NCBI GenBank assembly: GCA_050173015.1
Contig: JBFXLE010000005.1
Coordinates: forward strand, 112,194-176,193
Direction: 5' to 3'
DNA from: Calditrichaceae bacterium
Lineage (GTDB): Bacteria > Calditrichota > Calditrichia > Calditrichales > JBFXGD01
Length of the DNA: 64,000 nt
Positions within the stretch are counted from its first letter, which is position 1; each line of letters begins with the position of its first letter. Positions 1-12,737 of this stretch are shown one piece after another. The notes under the pieces were generated by a model, which saw only the letters and a list, made by a program, of their open reading frames with translations, ran no database searches and was not told the DNA's origin. The position numbers were made by a program, and so were the translations under genes.

Positions 1-1269
1 CAGAATGGCTTTTGCCTGAATCTCTGTCAATCCAAACCGGTCAATAAGCCTTATTTTTGCTTCCTCCGGATTTGGTGATGTTTTAATAAGCTCAATGATC
101 TCATCAATATTATCAATGGCAATTCTCAGACCTTCGAGAATATGCGCTCTTTTTTCAGCTTCTTCAAGATCATATCTTGTGCGACGTATAATTACTTCTA
201 CTCTGTGATCAATAAAATATTGAATCATTTCTTTTAGATTTAGGACCCGCGGACGTCCCTTAACCAAAGCAAGCATTATAATTCCGAATGTCGTCTGCAT
301 CTGGCTGTGTTTATATAGTAAATTAAGAATGGCATTAGGATCAATATCTTTTTTTAATTCTATAACGATCCTCATTCCATCCCGGTCAGATTCATCCCGA
401 AGATCTGAAATGCCTTCGATTCGCTTATCCTTTACAAGTTCAACAATTTTATTGATCAGGTTTAATTTATTCACCTGATAGGGAATTTCCTTGACTAAAA
501 TGGTTGATTTGCCGTTCGGGTGCGTTTCAATTTCGGTTCTGGCCCTGACAATTACTTTTCCTCTGCCGCTATTGTAAGCTTTTATTATTTCAGCTCCGCC
601 ATATATAAATCCACCTGTCGGAAAGTCCGGTCCCTTAATATGCTGCATCAAGTCGCTGATAGATATATCCGGATTGTCGATCACCGCTTTTGTCGCGTCC
701 ACAACTTCATTAAGATTGTGCGGTGGTATATTTGTGGCCATGCCGACGGCGATACCTGATGAGCCGTTTATCAGCAAATTTGGTAATTTTGCCGGAAGCA
801 CCACCGGTTCATCAAGCGTGTCGTCAAAATTTCTTGTATAATCGACCGTGTTCTTATTGATGTCCGTTAAAAGTTCTTCAGCTATTTCTCTCATTCTGAC
901 TTCAGTGTATCTCATCGCCGCCGCTGAATCACCATCAACCGAGCCAAAGTTTCCCTGGCCGTCAATTAATGGATAACGGAGTGAAAAATCCTGAACCATA
1001 CGTACAATAGTATCGTAAACCGCTGAATCACCATGAGGGTGATACTTACCTAATACCTCACCGACAACTCTGGCGCTTTTTTTATGTGCTCTATTGTGTA
1101 GATTGCCGAGTTCACGCATGCCATAAAGTACTCTGCGGTGCACAGGCTTAAGACCGTCACGCACGTCAGGTAAAGCTCTCGAAACAATTACGGACATGGA
1201 GTAGTCCAGATAGGACTCCTTCATCTCATCTTCTATTAGTTTTGGAAGTATTTTTTCATTTTCAGCCAT
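1..1269 (-). CDS. gyrA: DNA gyrase subunit A, N-terminal part (runs off window start)
   Basis: Not in the ORF track. The minus strand from ATG at 1269 reads [46 protein letters not shown]...GKYHPHGDS...AAMRYTE. It lies directly downstream of gyrB. An alternative in-frame ATG is at 1278. Confidence 0.97.
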   Translation of the reverse strand, partial: MAENEKILPKLIEDEMKESYLDYSMSVIVSRALPDVRDGLKPVHRRVLYGMRELGNLHNRAHKKSARVVGEVLGKYHPHGDSAVYDTIVRMVQDFSLRYPLIDGQGNFGSVDGDSAAAMRYTEVRMREIAEELLTDINKNTVDYTRNFDDTLDEPVVLPAKLPNLLINGSSGIAVGMATNIPPHNLNEVVDATKAVIDNPDISISDLMQHIKGPDFPTGGFIYGGAEIIKAYNSGRGKVIVRARTEIETHPNGKSTILVKEIPYQVNKLNLINKIVELVKDKRIEGISDLRDESDRDGMRIVIELKKDIDPNAILNLLYKHSQMQTTFGIIMLALVKGRPRVLNLKEMIQYFIDHRVEVIIRRTRYDLEEAEKRAHILEGLRIAIDNIDEIIELIKTSPNPEEAKIRLIDRFGLTEIQAKAIL

Positions 1270-1290
1270 ATGACTCATTATCCTTGAAAA

Positions 1291-3492
<2,202 letters not shown>

Positions 3493-3503
<11 letters not shown>

Positions 3504-4614
3504 TCACTATGGCCCCGTTTTGTAAATGTATGTAATTATTACTTTTAAGGCTTGTATCTTTAAATTTGGCCTTAAGGGTGGTAGTAATAAAAGTTTGCCC
3601 GATGGTATTCGTGAAATCCAGCAGACTGGCAATTCTGTTGTCATCAAGTTCGCCAAAAATATCATCCATTAAAAATACCGGATTTTCTTTTAAGTGTTGT
3701 TTTAAAAATTCACTTTCGACAAATTTTAACGCGATCAAAAACGTTTTATTTTCTCCCTGAGAACCATAGTATTTTAAAAAATTCCCATCTTTCATAAAAT
3801 TAAAATCATCCCTGTGCGGTCCGACTGAAGTACTTTTTCTCTCAATATCAGCATTCAGATTTTCTGATAAATTATCATGATACTGTTCTTTAAGTTCCGC
3901 TTGATCAGCATTAAGATTTTTACTGATGTTAGAAACGTAACTTCCTGAGATATTTTCATGTGTTTTTGAAATAAACCGGTAATACTCTGTTATTTTTTTA
4001 TTAATAAATTCGATAAATTTTTGCCGTGACAGAATAATCTCAACGCCATTTGCGATAAGCTGTTCATCCCAGGGGAACAGAGCCTTTTTATTTGATTTTC
4101 CTTCATTTATTAAAGTCAGAAGTTTATTGCGATGCTGAAGACTTTTTTTATATTTCTGCAGCGCGTGCAAATATACCGGACTTGTTTGTGACAGCAGTAT
4201 ATCAACAAATCGACGGCGGTTTGCAGGAACACCATACGTTAATTCCAAATCTTCAAGTGACAATAGAATTGTGGGAACAACACCAATTAATTCCGAGAAG
4301 TTTTGTAATTTGTTTTCATTCAAAAAAACGTTTTTACCGTCTTTTAATGAAAAAAACAGCCTTATATCAACTTCATTACTTGTATCGGTATTAAATCTAC
4401 CTTTCAGATCGAAATATTCTTTTGACTGCTGCAAAGCAATTTTTTCTGAATTTATTCTAAAACTTCTGGTAATCGCTAGAAAATATATGGCTTCAAGAAG
4501 CGATGTTTTACCCTGACCGTTTTCTCCGTAGATAATATTTATATTTTTATCAAATTCGATCTCTTCATTTGCAATATTACGAAAATTTTTAATTTCTATC
4601 TTTTTTATATGCAT
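3493..4614 (-). CDS. recF: DNA replication/repair protein RecF
   Basis: NFRN, Walker A GENGQGKTS, GPHRDD, SQGE and MDDIFGELD motifs; synteny. Confidence 0.96.
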
Positions 4615-4620
4615 TCTAAC

Positions 4621-5733
4621 TTAATTTAGCCTCACGGGCATAATAAGCATAAGAATTTCATCCATTTCATCGCCATTTACGGGATAAACCAAACCAGGAC
4701 CATCCGCATCTTTAACCATGATCTTAATTTCATCCGTATCGAGATGTCGTAAAATATCCATCAGATAATTGGCGTTATAAGCAATTTCAAGTGAATCACT
4801 GTTGTATTTGCATGGTATTGTCTCATTCGCTTCTCCGCCGAAATCAATATCCTGAGCAAATACAGCCATATTATCTTTATCAATATTTAAACGAACCTGA
4901 TAAGTAATAGGATTTGAAAACAGAGAAACGCGCTTCACCGAAGAAATAAAGCTTTCACGGTCTATAGATAATTCCTTTGAATATTCAGTAGGAATAACTC
5001 TTTCATAGTCCGGATACGGTTCTTTAATTATTCGTGAATAAATTTTTGTATCCGGCAACTCGAACAATACATGGTTTTCGCTGAATACAATCTGCTGGTT
5101 TCCGTCTTCAGGAAGATTCCGCGCCACAAAATTCAATGCCTTGGTCGGAATAATCAGATCCCTCGTAAAATCAAGAGATTCAAAATCTTTGTTAATATAT
5201 TTAACCAGACGATGTCCGTCAGTCGCCACCATACGATATTCGTTTTCAAAAATCTGACAATACACACCGGTTAACGCAGGTCTTAAATTATCAGTGGAAC
5301 AGGCGAAAAGTGTTTTTTCTATCATTCTCTTAAATTTTTTATTATTCAGACTAATTTTCTGTTCCGATTCCACAAGCGGCACGCTGGGATATTCATTTTT
5401 ATCCTGTCCGGATAATTTGTATTCACCCAGAGATGATTTTATTACTATCTTTAAATTTGAATCCACATTAAAATTAAGATCAATCTCCGGCATCTCACGT
5501 ATAATGTCCAATAACAATTTTCCCGGAACCGTAATTGATCCTTCTTCTTTTATGGTACACTTTGTCCAGGTGATTTGTGTGATTTCAAGATCAGTAGCAA
5601 TAATTTTCAACTCTTCATTTTCTGCAATTATCAGGACATTATAAAGAATATCAACTGTTGATTTTGCAGGGATTACATTAATAACTTTTTGTAAAGATTT
5701 AAAAAATGAGTTGCGTGAGACAGTAAAATTCAT
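4621..5733 (-). CDS. dnaN: DNA polymerase III beta sliding clamp
   Basis: ATDLE, RPALTGV, VATDGHRL, YPDYERVIP and C-terminal LIMPVRL. Confidence 0.97.
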   Translation of the reverse strand: MNFTVSRNSFFKSLQKVINVIPAKSTVDILYNVLIIAENEELKIIATDLEITQITWTKCTIKEEGSITVPGKLLLDIIREMPEIDLNFNVDSNLKIVIKSSLGEYKLSGQDKNEYPSVPLVESEQKISLNNKKFKRMIEKTLFACSTDNLRPALTGVYCQIFENEYRMVATDGHRLVKYINKDFESLDFTRDLIIPTKALNFVARNLPEDGNQQIVFSENHVLFELPDTKIYSRIIKEPYPDYERVIPTEYSKELSIDRESFISSVKRVSLFSNPITYQVRLNIDKDNMAVFAQDIDFGGEANETIPCKYNSDSLEIAYNANYLMDILRHLDTDEIKIMVKDADGPGLVYPVNGDEMDEILMLIMPVRLN

Positions 5734-5739
5734 TTTCCC

Positions 5740-6240
5740 TCCAAATTAGGCAATTTCAATCCTATCAAAATAACCAAAATTTATAACTATTTCAAGGATT
5801 TTTAAGTAATATAAAGAGATGGCCGACGTGAAATATTTATACTCTAATATTATTGTTTTTATTTAAAATAAATTGAAGATATAGTAATAGATAATGTGAA
5901 TTTGTGGATAAATATCAAAAAGCCGCGTTAGATATGGAAATAAGCGTCATATTAGAGTGTGGATTAAATATAAAATTATTGTGGAATAAAACATTTTTCA
6001 TATTGATGGTGGTGTGGGTAAATATAGACATGTTTATAAAGATTGTTTTTTAAAGAAGTATTCCACAAAATTATCCACAATAAGTTTTATGGCTTAAGTA
6101 TAATAAATTCAATTTGATGTGATGTTAAAAATAAAAAGATATTCACAATTTTTATAAATTTAAGAAAAAAAATATTTTTGTTTATTAATTTGCCTTGCAA
6201 TATAGTATATAGCTATATTAAAATTTGTGAATATTTTGAG
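5740..6240. other. Chromosomal replication origin oriC
   Basis: AT-rich intergenic region between dnaN and rpmH. Perfect DnaA boxes: TGTGGATAA 5903-5911 and TTATCCACA 6071-6079. Near matches at 5958, 5980, 6013 and 6059. TAG/TAA trio-like run at ~5875-5893. Confidence 0.85.
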
Positions 6241-6255
6241 ACAATTGGAGGATAA

Positions 6256-6414
6256 ATGAAGCGTACATTTCAACCGAGTAATCGTAAAAGAAAAAACAAA
6301 CATGGGTTCAGGGAACGCATGAGCAGTAAAAACGGACGCGCCGTTTTAGCCAGTAGAAGAGCAAAAGGCCGTAAGCGTTTAACTGTTAGTGATGAATATA
6401 ACCAGACAGCATAA
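6256..6414 (+). CDS. rpmH: 50S ribosomal protein L34
   Basis: Not in the ORF track. Reads [52 protein letters not shown], with GGAGG RBS upstream. Confidence 0.97.
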   Translation: MKRTFQPSNRKRKNKHGFRERMSSKNGRAVLASRRAKGRKRLTVSDEYNQTA

Positions 6415-6727
6415 AATAACCACTATATCCGGTAGAGACGAAATAAAATTTATTCTAGATAATGGTAAAAAAATTTACACTCGTCTTGGATTAATTTTTC
6501 TCTACAAGGAAGTAGATGAGTCAGAATTTCAAAAAGCAGCCATCCTTCTCAAAAAAAATATAGGATCGGCAGTAAAAAGAAATTATGTTAAAAGAATTAT
6601 TCGTCATTTTTTGAGAGACCATATCACCCTGTTTAAAAATTACAACAGGGTGATATTTCTTTATACATATCGAGGAGATATTGATTATAATTCTCTGAAA
6701 GAAATTTATGTACGCGCCCTGAGTTAG
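6389..6727 (+). CDS. rnpA: Ribonuclease P protein component
   Basis: [21 protein letters not shown]-type motif; follows and overlaps rpmH. Confidence 0.88.
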   Translation: MMNITRQHKITTISGRDEIKFILDNGKKIYTRLGLIFLYKEVDESEFQKAAILLKKNIGSAVKRNYVKRIIRHFLRDHITLFKNYNRVIFLYTYRGDIDYNSLKEIYVRALS

Positions 6728-6728
6728 T

Positions 6729-6944
6729 ATGAAAAAAATACTTTTGCTTTTAATTCGCGGGTATCAAAAAATCATTTCCCCGCTTTTTTCACCTTCGTGC
6801 AGGTTTTATCCCACTTGTTCAGAATATGCCTATCAGTCAATAGACAGACATGGTTTTTTTAAAGGACTCTGGTATTCAATAATTAGAATTAGTAAGTGTC
6901 ATCCGTTTCATCCCGGCGGATTTGATCCTGTGAAAGAAAAATAG
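6729..6944 (+). CDS. yidD: Membrane protein insertion efficiency factor YidD
   Basis: [29 protein letters not shown]. Confidence 0.95.
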   Translation: MKKILLLLIRGYQKIISPLFSPSCRFYPTCSEYAYQSIDRHGFFKGLWYSIIRISKCHPFHPGGFDPVKEK

Positions 6945-6961
6945 AAGGAATACATTTTATT

Positions 6962-8755
6962 ATGGATAGAAAATCAATTATAGCAATGGTCCTGATCGCG
7001 ATCATCATCGTAACCGTTCCCTATTATCAGAAACTTATTGTAGGTGATCAGCCTGTTGATGAAAAGAAAGAAATTTATCAGACTCAAAAACAGGATTCGG
7101 TTACATCAGTGCCCGTGGCGCAGGATGAAAAAATTGCGGAAAGAGAGACGCCGCCGGTTGAAACAAAGAAGGAACCGGGTGCCATATCTTATACCGATCT
7201 GACGATTGATCAGGATTCCGCTGAAAAAAAGATCGAGATCAATACCGACAAAATAAGAGTCATATTATCAAACCGCGGCGGCGGAAGTCTTGAAAAATTT
7301 GTTTTAAAAAAATACGCCAAGTTTGATACCACACTCGTTAATATGATTGACAATGAAATTCATAATGATTTATATCTCAGTTTTCAATCATTAAATGGTT
7401 CATATATTGATGTAAAGGATTTGATTTTTTTTAGCAGTTCAGAGATAACAAAAAAAGATCTCCGGGAAGGAGAGTCTTTTAAAATCACTTACTCGCTGAA
7501 AATAAATAATTCTGAACTGACAAAAACATACATATTCTATGATGATGTCTATCATTTCGATGTAAAAATAAACTTTATCAATCCTGATGAACTTCTTTTG
7601 AACAGACAGTATGAATTTGGTTGGAAGAATGGATTGCCATCTACAGAATCCTATGAATCAGATGATTACAGTTATAATCAGGTTTACGCGTATATGGCTG
7701 AAGACCTTGAAAGTTATGATGTAACAGAAGCAGGTGAAAAAGAGAGAGTGACATTAACCGGAACTGCTGACTGGCTGGCTATTCGAACAAAATATTTTGT
7801 CACAAGCGTTTCAAATATTAACGCCGATGTTTCAAATGGAATATATTTTTCGGGTATTGGAATTCAAAAAGAAGATTTTGTTCAGCGGTTATATAACACC
7901 GGTTTTTTTATTCAGTATAAAAATGAAACAGGCGGGGATTCAATGCGGGTTTACATGGGCCCCCTGGATGATCATGAACTGAGTAAATATGATAATAATT
8001 TAGAAATAATGATAATGAATAATGGCTGGTATGAAAGAATGTTCAGATGGATCAGTCTTTTAATACTGCCAATCCTTACGTTTTTATATTCTTTTATTCC
8101 GAATTACGGTATAGTAATCATTATTTTTTCTATCCTTGTAAAGTTCGCTTTGCATCCGCTCACCAAAAAAAGTTATCAATCCATGAAAGAGATGCAAAAA
8201 ATTCAGCCGATTATGGCCGAGTTAAAGGAAAAATACAAAAGCGATCCTCAGCGGATGAACAAGGAGACAATGAAGCTTTACAAAGAACATGGCGTAAATC
8301 CATTGGGCGGTTGTCTTCCTACATTGCTACAGATGCCGCTGTTAATCGCTTTATTCATTGTATTCCGTTCTACAATTCAGCTAAGAGGCGCCATGTTTAT
8401 TCCGGGCTGGATTGAGGATCTTTCAAGGACAGATACTTTATTTCATTTACCCTTTTCGCTGCCGATGTACGGCAATGAATTTAACCTGTTGCCTATTCTT
8501 ATGGCAGTCACCATGATCTTTCAATCAAAGATGACCATGACTGATCCGAAACAAAAGGCGATGGTTTATATAATGCCGGTATTTATGTTATTAATCTTTA
8601 ATCGTTTCCCGGCAGGATTAAATCTCTATTACACCATGTTTAATCTGCTGACGATTATACAGCAAAAATTTATCAGTAAGGGAACAAGTCCGGCGAAGGC
8701 TCCCGTCAAAGTTTCTGTAAAAGAGAAAAAAGCAAACAAGAGCAAGAGGAGATAA
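6962..8755 (+). CDS. yidC: Membrane protein insertase YidC
   Basis: N-terminal TM helix, periplasmic domain, GVNPLGGCLP.LLQMP, WIEDLS, AGLNLYY. Confidence 0.96.
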   Translation: MDRKSIIAMVLIAIIIVTVPYYQKLIVGDQPVDEKKEIYQTQKQDSVTSVPVAQDEKIAERETPPVETKKEPGAISYTDLTIDQDSAEKKIEINTDKIRVILSNRGGGSLEKFVLKKYAKFDTTLVNMIDNEIHNDLYLSFQSLNGSYIDVKDLIFFSSSEITKKDLREGESFKITYSLKINNSELTKTYIFYDDVYHFDVKINFINPDELLLNRQYEFGWKNGLPSTESYESDDYSYNQVYAYMAEDLESYDVTEAGEKERVTLTGTADWLAIRTKYFVTSVSNINADVSNGIYFSGIGIQKEDFVQRLYNTGFFIQYKNETGGDSMRVYMGPLDDHELSKYDNNLEIMIMNNGWYERMFRWISLLILPILTFLYSFIPNYGIVIIIFSILVKFALHPLTKKSYQSMKEMQKIQPIMAELKEKYKSDPQRMNKETMKLYKEHGVNPLGGCLPTLLQMPLLIALFIVFRSTIQLRGAMFIPGWIEDLSRTDTLFHLPFSLPMYGNEFNLLPILMAVTMIFQSKMTMTDPKQKAMVYIMPVFMLLIFNRFPAGLNLYYTMFNLLTIIQQKFISKGTSPAKAPVKVSVKEKKANKSKRR

Positions 8756-8781
8756 AAGACGCCTCCGCAGAGAGGTGTCTT
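8756..8781 (+). terminator. Stem-loop after yidC
   Basis: AAGACGCCTC-cgcaga-GAGGTGTCTT inverted repeat without a strong U-tract. Confidence 0.4.
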
Positions 8782-8784
8782 CGT

Positions 8785-10173
8785 ATGATAAGAGAAGAAC
8801 AAAATGACACCATTATTTCGCTGATCAGCTCATCCGCCGGAGGAAGCGTGGCGATTTTAAGGATCAGCGGAAATAACGCGGTGAGCATAACGGATAAATA
8901 TTTTCCCGGCCACGACTTGATAAATTCACCCGGGGGAAGGTTTTATGTTGGTAATTTTCTTGCCGGGTCAAAAGAAATAATTGATCAGGTTGTTGTTTTA
9001 GTATATAAAAAACCCCACTCCTATACCGGCGAAGATGTGGTTGAAATAAATTGCCACGCGAATCCATTTATCATCCGGGAAATAATTGAAGAGTATCTTG
9101 CTGACAATTGCAGAATGGCGGCTCCGGGAGAGTTTTCAAAAAGGGCTTTTCTGAACGGGAAAATGGATCTGGTTCAGGCCGAAGCTGTAGCCGATCTGAT
9201 AAACGCTAAATCAAACGCGATTATTAAAAACTCTCTGCTTCAGCTTAGTGGCCAGCTATCGGGGATCATCCTTAAAATAAAAGATGATTTAATCAGAATT
9301 GCTTCATTGCTTGAGCTGGATCTCGATTTCAGCGAAGAAGGTCTTGAAATCGTTACATCCGAACAAATACTTGAGATTGTCATCAATGCGGAAAGTAAAA
9401 TTGATACCCTCCTTGCAAGTTATAAAGTTGGCCATGTTCTGACAAAAGGAATCGATGTTCTTATAATAGGTAAACCAAACGTCGGAAAATCCAGCTTGAT
9501 GAACGCTTTTCTTAACAAGGACCGGGTTATTGTTTCCAGTATTCCCGGCACTACACGCGACATCATACATGAAGATATTGTCATTAACAATACACTTGTT
9601 CGATTTATTGATACCGCCGGCATCAGAATTACGGATGATTTTGTGGAGGCTGAAGGGGTTGCGAGAACCAACAAATTTATGGACCTGGCGGATGTGATTA
9701 TTCTACTGGTGGATGCATCAGTAGATCTGACGGAAGATGATCTGCGATTAATTGATTCTGTGTCTGTAAAATATCCATCAAAACTGATTATCGCCGCAAA
9801 CAAAATTGACAAAGGAATCGATACAAGCTGCGAAGAATATTTAAATCGATTTGAAGGAAACATACAGTACATTTCAGCTAAACTGTACCAGAATATTGAT
9901 GTTTTAAAAAACAGTATCACTGAAAAAGTTTTTCTCCTTGAAAATCAAATCAGTGAAGAAGTTTTAATCACAAATGAACGGCAGTTTGAGTCGCTAAGAA
10001 AATGCAGGGCTGCCTTAAAGAACACAAATGATGGATTGATGAAGAGTGTAGGTAATGAATTTATTGCAGTGGATATGCGCGCTGCCGTTGAGCATCTCTC
10101 CGAAATAACCGGTGAAATTTCCACGAATGATATTTTAAACAACATCTTTTCTCATTTTTGTATCGGCAAATAA
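8785..10173 (+). CDS. mnmE: tRNA modification GTPase MnmE
   Basis: SYTGEDVVEI, GKPNVGKSS, GTTRD, DTAG, NKID and C-terminal FCIGK. Confidence 0.96.
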   Translation: MIREEQNDTIISLISSSAGGSVAILRISGNNAVSITDKYFPGHDLINSPGGRFYVGNFLAGSKEIIDQVVVLVYKKPHSYTGEDVVEINCHANPFIIREIIEEYLADNCRMAAPGEFSKRAFLNGKMDLVQAEAVADLINAKSNAIIKNSLLQLSGQLSGIILKIKDDLIRIASLLELDLDFSEEGLEIVTSEQILEIVINAESKIDTLLASYKVGHVLTKGIDVLIIGKPNVGKSSLMNAFLNKDRVIVSSIPGTTRDIIHEDIVINNTLVRFIDTAGIRITDDFVEAEGVARTNKFMDLADVIILLVDASVDLTEDDLRLIDSVSVKYPSKLIIAANKIDKGIDTSCEEYLNRFEGNIQYISAKLYQNIDVLKNSITEKVFLLENQISEEVLITNERQFESLRKCRAALKNTNDGLMKSVGNEFIAVDMRAAVEHLSEITGEISTNDILNNIFSHFCIGK

Positions 10174-10174
10174 A

Positions 10175-10190
10175 CGTTCCACGTGAAACA
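10175..10190. promoter_or_regulatory. parS centromere-like site (near consensus)
   Basis: CGTTCCACGTGAAACA versus consensus TGTTTCACGTGAAACA; between mnmE and mnmG near oriC. Confidence 0.8.
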
Positions 10191-10207
10191 ATTAAAACAG
10201 GTAATAC

Positions 10208-12079
10208 ATGAAACAGTTTGATGTCGCGGTAATCGGAGGCGGCCACGCGGGAATTGAGGCGGCCATCGTCTCGGCCAGGCTTGGATTAAAGACCGCGTTG
10301 ATAACTCTGGATAAAAACAAAATCGGACTAATGTCCTGTAATCCGGCGATCGGCGGACTGGCAAAGGGTCAGTTGGTTCGTGAGATTGACGCGCTGGGCG
10401 GGGTGATGGGAAAAATTACGGACGAGTCGGGCATACACTTTAAGATGCTCAACACATCAAAAGGACCCGCGGTTCAGTCACCCAGAGCTCAGGCAGACCG
10501 GATTTACTATGCGAAAGTAGCGCAAAAATATATTGAAAACACTGAAAACCTGACAGTAATTCAGGATATGGCAACGGGCATAAATGTCAGGGGCGATAAA
10601 GTTGATTCGGTAACATTGAAAAAAAACGGAATCCTTCCGGTTCACGCGGCGGTATTGACCGCCGGCACTTTTTTGAATGGAATTATCCATATCGGGTTGA
10701 ACCAGCTGGCGGCAGGGAGGTCGGGGGAGCTACCCGCAGTTGGTATAACGGAGTCGTTAAAATTACTTGGTTTTGAATCGGGTCGGTTAAAAACAGGAAC
10801 ACCACCGAGAATACATCGTGACAGTATCGATTATTCCAAAATCGAAGTTCAGCTTCCGGATGAATTTCCACAGCCGTTTTCGTTTTCAACCGAAGGTATT
10901 TCCCGAAAACAGATTAACTGTCACATCACATACACCAATCCATCCACCCATGATGAGCTGCGCCGGGGATTTGATTTTTCACCCATGTTTGGCGGCAGAA
11001 TTCAGGGCGTTGGTCCGCGGTACTGCCCATCGATAGAAGATAAAATTAATCGATTTGCTGATCGGGAACGGCATCAGCTCTTTCTGGAGCCGGAAGGATA
11101 CGAAAATGATGAAGTGTATTTAAACGGATTCTCTACCAGTCTCCCGGCGGATGTACAAGAAAAAGCCATCCGCACAATCCGGGGACTTGAAAACGCAAAA
11201 ATTATAAGACTGGGGTACGCCGTTGAATACGATTTTTTTTCACCCAATCAGTTACAGTTTACCCTGGAAACAAAAATGATAGGAAGCCTCTATTTTGCCG
11301 GACAGATCAACGGAACATCCGGCTATGAAGAGGCGGCTGCTCAGGGATTTGTCGCGGGAATTAACGCGGCATTAAAATTAAAGGGCCTGGAGCCGTTTGT
11401 GTTAAAACGGTCTGACGCGTATGTGGGCGTCCTGGTCGATGATTTGATTAATAAAATTCATGAAGAGCCTTATAGAATGTTTACATCGCGCGCGGAATTC
11501 AGATTAATGTTGAGACATGATAATGCAGATCTGAGACTGATGGAAAAGGGAAGAGCGTTTGGCTTGATCGATGACGGGACGTATGAAAGATATCAAAAAC
11601 GACAAACTCAAATCGAGTATCTTCGCGATAAAGAGCTAAATAAAAAAATTATGCCGGAGACATTTAATTTATCATTTAAAAACATCAGTTCATCCATTTC
11701 TCAGGGAATCGCTGTAAAGGACATTGTAAAGAGACCGGAGATTACGCTGAGTGAAATTTTAAATTTAGTTTCTGAGAAAAATTATGACCAGTCATCAATT
11801 AAAGAAGTTGAGTTTGGCGTTAAGTATGACGGCTATATTGATCGCCAGAACATGTTAATGGAGAAATTTAAAAAGATAGAGGACAAGAAAATCGCGGAAG
11901 ATATAAATTATGATTTAATCAAGTCACTTTCTACGGAAGCCCGCGAAAAATTGAATAAAATCCGACCGGTTAGTCTGGGGCAGGCATCACGAATATCCGG
12001 GGTCAGTCCCGCCGATCTATCCGTTCTGGTGATATATATTGAAAAATTTAGCATGAGCGGTGTTTCACGTGAAACATAA
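10208..12079 (+). CDS. mnmG: tRNA uridine 5-carboxymethylaminomethyl modification enzyme MnmG (GidA)
   Basis: GGGHAG, MSCNPAIGG, GPRYCPSIEDK, AGQINGTSGYEEAAAQG. Confidence 0.97.
   Translation: MKQFDVAVIGGGHAGIEAAIVSARLGLKTALITLDKNKIGLMSCNPAIGGLAKGQLVREIDALGGVMGKITDESGIHFKMLNTSKGPAVQSPRAQADRIYYAKVAQKYIENTENLTVIQDMATGINVRGDKVDSVTLKKNGILPVHAAVLTAGTFLNGIIHIGLNQLAAGRSGELPAVGITESLKLLGFESGRLKTGTPPRIHRDSIDYSKIEVQLPDEFPQPFSFSTEGISRKQINCHITYTNPSTHDELRRGFDFSPMFGGRIQGVGPRYCPSIEDKINRFADRERHQLFLEPEGYENDEVYLNGFSTSLPADVQEKAIRTIRGLENAKIIRLGYAVEYDFFSPNQLQFTLETKMIGSLYFAGQINGTSGYEEAAAQGFVAGINAALKLKGLEPFVLKRSDAYVGVLVDDLINKIHEEPYRMFTSRAEFRLMLRHDNADLRLMEKGRAFGLIDDGTYERYQKRQTQIEYLRDKELNKKIMPETFNLSFKNISSSISQGIAVKDIVKRPEITLSEILNLVSEKNYDQSSIKEVEFGVKYDGYIDRQNMLMEKFKKIEDKKIAEDINYDLIKSLSTEAREKLNKIRPVSLGQASRISGVSPADLSVLVIYIEKFSMSGVSRET
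12061..12076. promoter_or_regulatory. parS site (perfect palindrome) inside the mnmG 3' end
   Basis: TGTTTCACGTGAAACA, exact consensus; encodes the terminal VSRET of MnmG. Confidence 0.9.
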
Positions 12080-12080
12080 T

Positions 12081-12737
12081 ATGATGCTCCCGGATTTGAT
12101 TTCATTTCTAAATGCGCAGGGGATTGTTCTTGATGAGCGGCAGATGTCCCAACTGCGCTTGTATTATGATGAGCTGGCGGGCTGGAGCAGGAAGATGAAT
12201 CTGGTTTCAACCGGAGATATTCCGCACATCGTTGAACGGCATTTTCTACCCTCTTTTGCCTATGTCAATCAATTGGCCGGAGATAATATTGGCGCCGGAT
12301 CCCGGATATTGGATCTGGGCACCGGTTCCGGTTTGCCCGGAATCATACTTTCAATATTTTTTAATGAGCACAGAATCACGTTGCTGGATTCGTCCAGAAA
12401 AAAAATACTATTTTTAAAAAGTCTGATTAAAAAAATGGAGCTGTCTGCGGATGTTATACTTGGCCGGGCGGAGAGCGCAAGCGAATTGTTCGATGTTGTT
12501 GTAGCCAGGGCAGTAGCAGATATACCGACCTTGATTGATCTCTCTTTGCCGCTTTTGAATCGACCGGGATTTCTTTACACGATGAAAGGAGATGACTACC
12601 GGCAGGAGATAAAGGAGTCCTTGCCGGAAAACGTTTTTCTTACTGAAGTAGAAATTCCTGAAAGCTGGATACGGTTCTCGCCTTACCTTCAGAATAAACT
12701 TTTTATAAAGATTGAGTTCACTGATGTCAAAAGATAA
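12081..12737 (+). CDS. rsmG: 16S rRNA m7G527 methyltransferase RsmG (GidB)
   Basis: MNLVS, ERHF, LDLGTGSGLPG, VARAVA. Start moved to ATG 12081 because the track's MFHVKH is translated parS. Confidence 0.92.
   Translation: MMLPDLISFLNAQGIVLDERQMSQLRLYYDELAGWSRKMNLVSTGDIPHIVERHFLPSFAYVNQLAGDNIGAGSRILDLGTGSGLPGIILSIFFNEHRITLLDSSRKKILFLKSLIKKMELSADVILGRAESASELFDVVVARAVADIPTLIDLSLPLLNRPGFLYTMKGDDYRQEIKESLPENVFLTEVEIPESWIRFSPYLQNKLFIKIEFTDVKR

Noticed and set aside
12060-12080. N-terminal MFHVKH extension of RsmG
   Set aside because: It is the translation of the parS palindrome; ATG 12081 or 12084 is the more plausible start.
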